A DNA stretch of 64,000 bases, from contig DAOUEJ010000102.1 of the NCBI GenBank assembly GCA_034430615.1, positions 3,570 to 67,569 of the forward strand, written 5' to 3'. This document shows positions 56,835-64,000 of the stretch, in pieces. The notes under the pieces were generated by a model. It ran no database searches, was not told the DNA's origin, and saw only the letters and a program-made list of their open reading frames with translations. This DNA is from Anaerolineales bacterium. Its GTDB lineage: Bacteria > Chloroflexota > Anaerolineae > Anaerolineales > E44-bin32. Position 1 is the first letter of the stretch; every line of letters begins with the position of its first letter. The position numbers and the translations under genes are program-made.

Positions 56835-57941
56835 ATGCTTAGCGAACAAATTCTGCATGAGTTGATCGCCTTACGATCTTCAACGCCTGTGCTCAGCGTC
56901 TACCTGGACGTGAGTCCACAAACGGGCGCGGCCGAGACAGCCAGACTCCGTCTGCGCCAGATGGTCAAGGACTATGTGGCACGCGCCCCAGCCGAAGTCG
57001 AGCAAGTGCTGCACTACCTGGATCACGAGTATGATGGATCGGGTCGAAGCCTGGCTATCTTTTCGTGCATGTCGGCCAAGCTCTTTAGAACCTTCACATT
57101 TGCCGTACCCATCCGCAGCCGGGCCCGCTTGCTTGACGTCCCCTACGTAAAACCGCTCGCAAATCTGCTTGAGAGCTTCGGCCATATCGGCGTTGTGCTT
57201 GTTGACCAGCAAGGGGCGCGCCTCTTCCACTTTCACCTTGGCGAACTTGTGGAACAGGAAGGCATCGTTGGGGAAGAAGTCCGGCAGAGCAAACACGGCA
57301 GTGGGTCGAGTTCACCCGGCCGGCGGAGCAGCGCTGGCGACCAGGCGCGCGCGGCCGACGAGCTGATCGACCGCAACTTGCGCCAAGCCGCGTCCTTCGC
57401 CGCCCAATTCTTCGCCCAGCACGAGGTGCGCCGGGTCCTGGTCGGGGCCAGCGAACCAGTCGCACATCCTTTCATCGAGCGCCTTCCTAAACGCTGGCAA
57501 TCTATTCTCATGGGAACATTCCCGATCGAAATGACTGCCCCGCATGCTCTGGTCTTCGAGCGAGCCCTGGCCATCTTACAAGCTGCCGAACAGGCTCGTG
57601 ACGAGCGGCTTCTGATGGAGGTAATCGATGCCTCCGCCAAGGGTGGGGAGGGTGTGATCGGACTTGAAGCCACCCTAGCAGATGTCCATGCTGGTAAGGT
57701 CCAGACTCTCTTTATACGTGATGGATACCGTGCTCCTGGGCATCGCTGTCAGAACTGCGGCTACCTGTCGCTGCGCGCGCAGGCCAACTGCCCGTTCTGC
57801 GGAGGCGAGATTGAATACATTGAGGATGCGGTCGAATTCGCAGTCCAGAGCGTAATCTCGAATGGCGGTGAGGTCGAGGTCGTCTCAGCCAATCCGCTTA
57901 CGGAGCAGATGGGAAACGTCGGAGCCCTACTGCGTTACTGA
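56835..57941 (+). CDS. eRF1/Pelota-fold (Vms1/ANKZF1-type, bacterial aeRF1-like) protein with C-terminal zinc ribbon
   Basis: AGGAGG SD lies 6 nt before ATG 56835. The three-domain layout ends in CQNCGY...CPFCGG followed by EDAVEFAVQSVISNGGEVEVV, as I recall for bacterial eRF1-like families. No GGQ motif was seen. Confidence 0.5.
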   Translation: MLSEQILHELIALRSSTPVLSVYLDVSPQTGAAETARLRLRQMVKDYVARAPAEVEQVLHYLDHEYDGSGRSLAIFSCMSAKLFRTFTFAVPIRSRARLLDVPYVKPLANLLESFGHIGVVLVDQQGARLFHFHLGELVEQEGIVGEEVRQSKHGSGSSSPGRRSSAGDQARAADELIDRNLRQAASFAAQFFAQHEVRRVLVGASEPVAHPFIERLPKRWQSILMGTFPIEMTAPHALVFERALAILQAAEQARDERLLMEVIDASAKGGEGVIGLEATLADVHAGKVQTLFIRDGYRAPGHRCQNCGYLSLRAQANCPFCGGEIEYIEDAVEFAVQSVISNGGEVEVVSANPLTEQMGNVGALLRY

Positions 57942-57972
57942 GACCTACATTCTGCATACTAGCCAGAACACA

Positions 57973-57996
57973 AAAGCCCCCTTATCCGGGGGCTTT
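57973..57996. terminator. Hairpin between convergent genes
   Basis: AAAGCCCCC-ttatcc-GGGGGCTTT. Confidence 0.7.
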
Positions 57997-58017
57997 GCTC
58001 ATCAAGCCAGATCAATA

Positions 58018-58665
58018 TTAAAGGCCAAACAAAAGGCGCTCGAGGGACAGCAAGTTGTTGGCCAGGATCTCCAGATCCCGGCGGGCGGCAAACGCATCCG
58101 AATCGGCCTCCTCGATGACCAGTGCCACGCGGTCCCGCAGGCTCGCCACGGTCTGGGCGTCATTTACATCGAGCTGCTTTTCCAGGCTCGCCAACCGGGC
58201 GTCAGTGCCGCTCAAAGCCGCCTTGGCGGCCAGGACATCTTCCTGCAGCATACCAAGTTGTGCTGTGTTCACATCGACGAGCACAAATAACAGATCGAGG
58301 TGCTGCTCACTGGATTGAAGCGCGGCCTTCAGCCCCGTATTCTCTTCCTCCACCGGACGCAATCTTTCGAGTTCAGACTGAGCTGAAGCAAGTTCTGACT
58401 CTGCTGAATCAAGCCCCGTTTGAAGGGCAGCGATCTGTTCTGTTTGCGGCTTGACCTGGAGCGCCCAGGATGCCCCCACCCCAAGCCCGAAGATCAAGAG
58501 CACAATCACCGTCCAGATCAGGATGCGCCTCATACGCCTTGAAGGAGGCGCCGGTTCCATTACTTCCTCATGGGCCTCAGCGACAACATCCTGTACCTCA
58601 CTCATCGTTTCCTGGTTCACCGGTTCCTGGGGTTCAAGCTCCGCGTTCGTCTCTTGTTCCTGCAT
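58018..58665 (-). CDS. Membrane-anchored coiled-coil protein (3 of 3)
   Basis: Acidic N-terminal tail, single TM (ILIWTVIVLLIFGLGVGASWAL), then heptad-rich Leu/Gln/Ala/Glu sequence. AGGAGAGGA SD. Confidence 0.6.
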   Translation of the reverse strand: MQEQETNAELEPQEPVNQETMSEVQDVVAEAHEEVMEPAPPSRRMRRILIWTVIVLLIFGLGVGASWALQVKPQTEQIAALQTGLDSAESELASAQSELERLRPVEEENTGLKAALQSSEQHLDLLFVLVDVNTAQLGMLQEDVLAAKAALSGTDARLASLEKQLDVNDAQTVASLRDRVALVIEEADSDAFAARRDLEILANNLLSLERLLFGL

Positions 58666-58683
58666 CGACGTTCCTCTCCTATG

Positions 58684-59547
58684 TTATTCCGCCGCCCCAT
58701 CCACGGGAAGCTCGGATGGAGGTGCTGTGATTGTTATCAAATATTGCCAGCAAATTTCGAGCTCTTCCCCAGCGAGGGCCTGGTTGGTGAGCACGCTCAC
58801 CAAGGCCGAATCAAGTCGCTCGAGGGCTGCCCGCAGTGAGGGCGCGTCCGCCGGTATGGGCGTCTCATCTGTCCCCGGTTGGACCGCGACAAGAATGTCC
58901 CGAGCAGCCAGCATATCAACTTGCGCCAGGCCAAGGTTAACCTGGTTGAGTGATACACGCGCCCGGGTGAGAAGCGTCATCGCCCGCAGGAGTTGGAGAT
59001 CTCGAAGGATGCGTTGGGTAGGAAGATCCGCACTTGCGAGCACACCCTCTATACCATTAACCCGTTCCGATAACGCGGATAGGTCCTGCGTCAGGCTAGC
59101 CAGCCGGTCGGTGATCACCTTGAAAGCCGTGATCTGATCGTTCTGTTGCTCAAGCTCCAATTGGAGAGTGCCAATCTGTGCCTCCATCTCAGAGATCGTT
59201 TCACCGGAGGCTGTAGCGCTCCCCTCCAACTCGGCCGCCCGGTCCTGGAGCGCGCCTACCTGGGCCTGGGTGCTCTCGTTCTGAAGCTCAAGCTTTGCTT
59301 CCAGCTCGGACAGCCGGCTGTCCACGGTGCGCAGCGGTTCAATGGTGTTGCGATAAAGATCGATCGTGCCATAGAACAAACCGGCTCCGAGGACAATGCC
59401 CAGGACAACGACCACCAGCATTCGCAGCAGGAAGCGAGCAATCCGTCCTGCGATCCCAGGTTTCTTTGCCGGTTCGGTGATGGGCGGGGCAACGGTCTTT
59501 TGGGGCTGCTCCACTTTAGGGGACTCGGATGATGTGATATCGGTCAC
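58684..59547 (-). CDS. Membrane-anchored coiled-coil protein (2 of 3)
   Basis: N-terminal tail, single TM (LLRMLVVVVLGIVLGAGLFYG), and a long coiled coil. 4-nt overlap with the upstream gene. Confidence 0.6.
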   Translation of the reverse strand: MTDITSSESPKVEQPQKTVAPPITEPAKKPGIAGRIARFLLRMLVVVVLGIVLGAGLFYGTIDLYRNTIEPLRTVDSRLSELEAKLELQNESTQAQVGALQDRAAELEGSATASGETISEMEAQIGTLQLELEQQNDQITAFKVITDRLASLTQDLSALSERVNGIEGVLASADLPTQRILRDLQLLRAMTLLTRARVSLNQVNLGLAQVDMLAARDILVAVQPGTDETPIPADAPSLRAALERLDSALVSVLTNQALAGEELEICWQYLITITAPPSELPVDGAAE

Positions 59548-60308
59548 TGGGTCACCTCCGGGGCGGGCGCAGGAAAGATCTGCCCTAGCAAGGTTCTAAT
59601 CCCCTGCAGGAATTGATCAAATGTGTTCACGCTTTCCTTGATTGCGCCAACTTGATCTGAAAGCGCGGAGACGGTTGCCTCCACCCTTCCCAGTTCGGAG
59701 ATCGCCGAATCCATCTCATCCCGCAGCGCCTGCGATTCGTCCTCGAGTAAACTCATGCGACCACTCAGCCCTTCGACGGCCCGCAAACGGCTGCGCAGTG
59801 AATCGAGATCGGCGCTTACCGCATCCAGCCGCGTGGTCATCACCTCCGCCTGGATCCGAAGTTGGCGGATCGAGGCCTGGCGCTCCACGCTCAGGGTCCC
59901 GTTGATGCCGGCCAGGATCGCCAGGCTCAGGATCACCGCCACCACCGCGCTCAGTACACCACCTCCGAGGACAAGCCAAAGAGCTCGCTCACGAGTGATG
60001 AATTCGGCCTGGCCCGTGTTAGCCGCTGGTACTTGTGCGGAGGGATCAGGGCGCTTCGCTCCCTCCTTCACCACCGCTTGGGCCGGATCGGTCCCGGATG
60101 GCGGCGAATCACCATGTTCGAAAACCAGGCCTTGCTTGATGCGGATCAGTGATCGTGGCCCGATCCCCGGGACACGCAGCAGATCATCCGCATCTGCGTA
60201 TGGACGGCCGATGATGATTCTTTCGGCGACGGCTTCGCCAACCCCGGGCAGTGTTATCAACGCCCCACGGTCTGCGAGGTTGGGATTTATCTTTTGATTA
60301 TTCTCCAT
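59544..60308 (-). CDS. ComEA-like helix-hairpin-helix domain plus TM plus coiled-coil protein (1 of 3)
   Basis: INPNLADRGALITLPGVGEAVAERIIIGRPYADADDLLRVPGIGPRSL is a tandem HhH as in the ComEA C-terminal domain. A TM segment and a coiled coil follow. Confidence 0.62.
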   Translation of the reverse strand: MENNQKINPNLADRGALITLPGVGEAVAERIIIGRPYADADDLLRVPGIGPRSLIRIKQGLVFEHGDSPPSGTDPAQAVVKEGAKRPDPSAQVPAANTGQAEFITRERALWLVLGGGVLSAVVAVILSLAILAGINGTLSVERQASIRQLRIQAEVMTTRLDAVSADLDSLRSRLRAVEGLSGRMSLLEDESQALRDEMDSAISELGRVEATVSALSDQVGAIKESVNTFDQFLQGIRTLLGQIFPAPAPEVTQ

Positions 60309-60400
60309 CTACGTGCTCTCTTTCTTGGACACACTTTCATCCCGATATTTATCTATGAATGTATCCTATCATGGTGTGCACGATCCGGGCCGAAAAACAA

Positions 60401-61090
60401 TCAGCGGTAGGTCCATGGATCTTGCGGCATAAGGGTTGGCGCTCTGCGTTTGGAGATGAACAGCCTGGCCGTTACAAACCCGAAAAGGAAGCCGCCAATG
60501 TGCGCCCACCAAGCGATCCCCTCCATGGCCACTCCCCCGAACATCAGGCCGTTGAAAAGCTGCAAGAGGAACCACACCCCAAGGAAGATCAAGGCCGGGA
60601 CCTCAATAAACCATGGGAAAATAAACAATGGCACGAAGGTCATCACTCGTGCATGCGGGAAAAGCAAGAAATAGGCTCCCAGCACTCCCGCCACAGCCCC
60701 ACTCGCACCGACGGTCGGGACGGAGAGCAGTGGGTCGAAGTACACGTGGGCCAAGGCTGCAAACACACCCGAAAGCAGATAGAAGCTCAGGAAACGCAGT
60801 GAGCCCATCCGATCTTCGACGTTGTCCCCAAAGATGAAGAGGATCCACATATTGCTGATGACATGGAACCAACTTCCGTGCATAAACATCGAACTAAAAA
60901 CGGTGAGCAGGCTGAATGGATTTTGCAGTGAAAACTGAGCCGAAATGAGGCCGAAGTTCTGGATCAAAAGCACGAATGATGGGTCCGTTAATGAAGCCTG
61001 GAACAGGTAGACGAGCAGGTTAAGGCCAATCAGGGCATAGGTTACGATCGGAGTCGATCGGCTGCGGATCGTATCTCTGATGGGGAACAT
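60401..61090 (-). CDS. Rhomboid-family intramembrane serine protease
   Basis: 6 TM. HGSWFHVISNM and GASGAVAGVLGAY catalytic Ser motif. AHIGG catalytic His. Confidence 0.88.
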   Translation of the reverse strand: MFPIRDTIRSRSTPIVTYALIGLNLLVYLFQASLTDPSFVLLIQNFGLISAQFSLQNPFSLLTVFSSMFMHGSWFHVISNMWILFIFGDNVEDRMGSLRFLSFYLLSGVFAALAHVYFDPLLSVPTVGASGAVAGVLGAYFLLFPHARVMTFVPLFIFPWFIEVPALIFLGVWFLLQLFNGLMFGGVAMEGIAWWAHIGGFLFGFVTARLFISKRRAPTLMPQDPWTYR

Positions 61091-61100
61091 ACCGGCTCCG

Positions 61101-61131
61101 GAAAAGAAAATGGGCGGCAGCTGCCGCCCAT
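61101..61131 (-). terminator. Rho-independent terminator after hsp20
   Basis: The minus strand reads ATGGGCGGCAG|CTGCCGCCCAT followed by TTTTCTTTTCC. Confidence 0.78.
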
Positions 61132-61157
61132 TGTACCTCAGAAGAAGCTCACGCCCC

Positions 61158-61553
61158 TCAGGAGGCCTTCACCTCGATCTTCTTCGGGCGTGCATCTTCT
61201 GATTTAGGGAGATGCAGCGTCAGCAACCCGTTTTCGACTATTGCTTCGGCGTGCTCAGCGTCAACCGGATCGGGCAGTCGCAGTTTGCGCTCGAATGATC
61301 CCTGCGGGATCTCGCTCATTAGCGTCGTTTCGTGGCCATTCTCGTGGTCAGGAGTCTCGGCTCGCAGGGTGAGAATATCCTCCAGAATTTCGATCTGGAG
61401 ATCTTCAGCCTTCAATCCGGGAACCTCAGCTGTGATCACGAATTCATCGCTGTTGGCATGCACATCCAGCGGCATGCGGCGGCCGCCATTAAAACCTACC
61501 GGGCGATAACCGCTCCAATCAGTACGTTTACGGGGAACAAGATAGTACGTCAT
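61158..61553 (-). CDS. Hsp20/alpha-crystallin small heat-shock protein
   Basis: AAGGAG SD before ATG 61553. Alpha-crystallin domain DVHANSDEFVITAEVPGLKAEDLQIEI...ENGLLTLHLPK. Confidence 0.88.
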   Translation of the reverse strand: MTYYLVPRKRTDWSGYRPVGFNGGRRMPLDVHANSDEFVITAEVPGLKAEDLQIEILEDILTLRAETPDHENGHETTLMSEIPQGSFERKLRLPDPVDAEHAEAIVENGLLTLHLPKSEDARPKKIEVKAS

Positions 61554-61797
61554 CGATCCACACTCCTTGAAATGGGCTTGTACTTCACTCATGCTCAGAA
61601 TCCTACCCGGGGAGCATAAGAGCCGTGCATATAGAACATAGGAACTCTGTTAACGGCCAGCCAGACATTCTGTTAATACGACGCCAATCATCGTCATACC
61701 CCCTACTCATACAATATACTGAGTACGGCCGAGTTCTAGCTTACGTCCATCGTGCTCGTTCGAGCTGCAGAATAAATTCTTATCGGAGGTAGGTGAC

Positions 61798-64000
<2,203 letters not shown>

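Noticed and set aside
58666-58686. Coiled-coil genes 2 and 3 are in the same frame and separated by a single TAA plus 5 codons, which could indicate readthrough or a split gene.
   Set aside because: The spacer contains a strong SD (AGGAGAGGA) correctly spaced before an ATG. The downstream protein has its own N-terminal tail and TM. This is ordinary operon spacing.

Overview
This is a 64-kb, high-GC (roughly 58-60% by eye) chromosomal segment. Gene content and frequent GTG/TTG starts suggest a Chloroflexota (Anaerolineae-like) bacterium; that assignment is inference. The window is densely packed with housekeeping genes. They include surE, a selenocysteine-containing NAD-linked formate dehydrogenase operon (nuoEF-like, fdhD, Fe-S subunit, Sec catalytic subunit), a Ser/Thr kinase, a PBP1A-like protein, a PHP phosphatase, lipB, patatin, an aldo/keto reductase and tdh. 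Further along are three tandem ConA/LamG-like paralogs, a SPPY methyltransferase, a low-GC GT-C glycosyltransferase, a dNK-NTase-dNK operon, spoVS, holB, dus, holA, a MEMO-like protein, a CNNM/CorC protein, priA, degV, dnaA, radA, clpC and rpsA. The right-hand end carries a ChlI-like/VWA pair, a YprB-like exonuclease, a REC-GAF-PAS-HK plus REC-GAF pair, cbpA-like, htrA, an eRF1-like protein, a coiled-coil operon, rhomboid, hsp20 and clpB (3' truncated). I saw no rRNA, tRNA, CRISPR array, transposase or integrase. The best candidates for something undescribed are two. (1) A three-gene operon (soluble FtsK/SpoIIIE-like ATPase plus two small proteins) sits behind a near-consensus promoter carrying two tandem GAAC-N4-GTTC LexA-type boxes. 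(2) An A9 run lies exactly at the ChlI-like/VWA junction, where a -1 shift would create a ChlD-like fusion. Other notable points are the UGA-Sec plus SECIS in fdhA, a class A PBP homolog whose catalytic motifs all look degenerate, an NTF2-like gene with an in-frame TAA, and a GTAG-headed REP pair. There is also a low-GC islet, an eRF1/Vms1-like protein among proteostasis genes, and an HhH plus coiled-coil membrane operon. All family calls come from motif recognition by eye; no searches were run.
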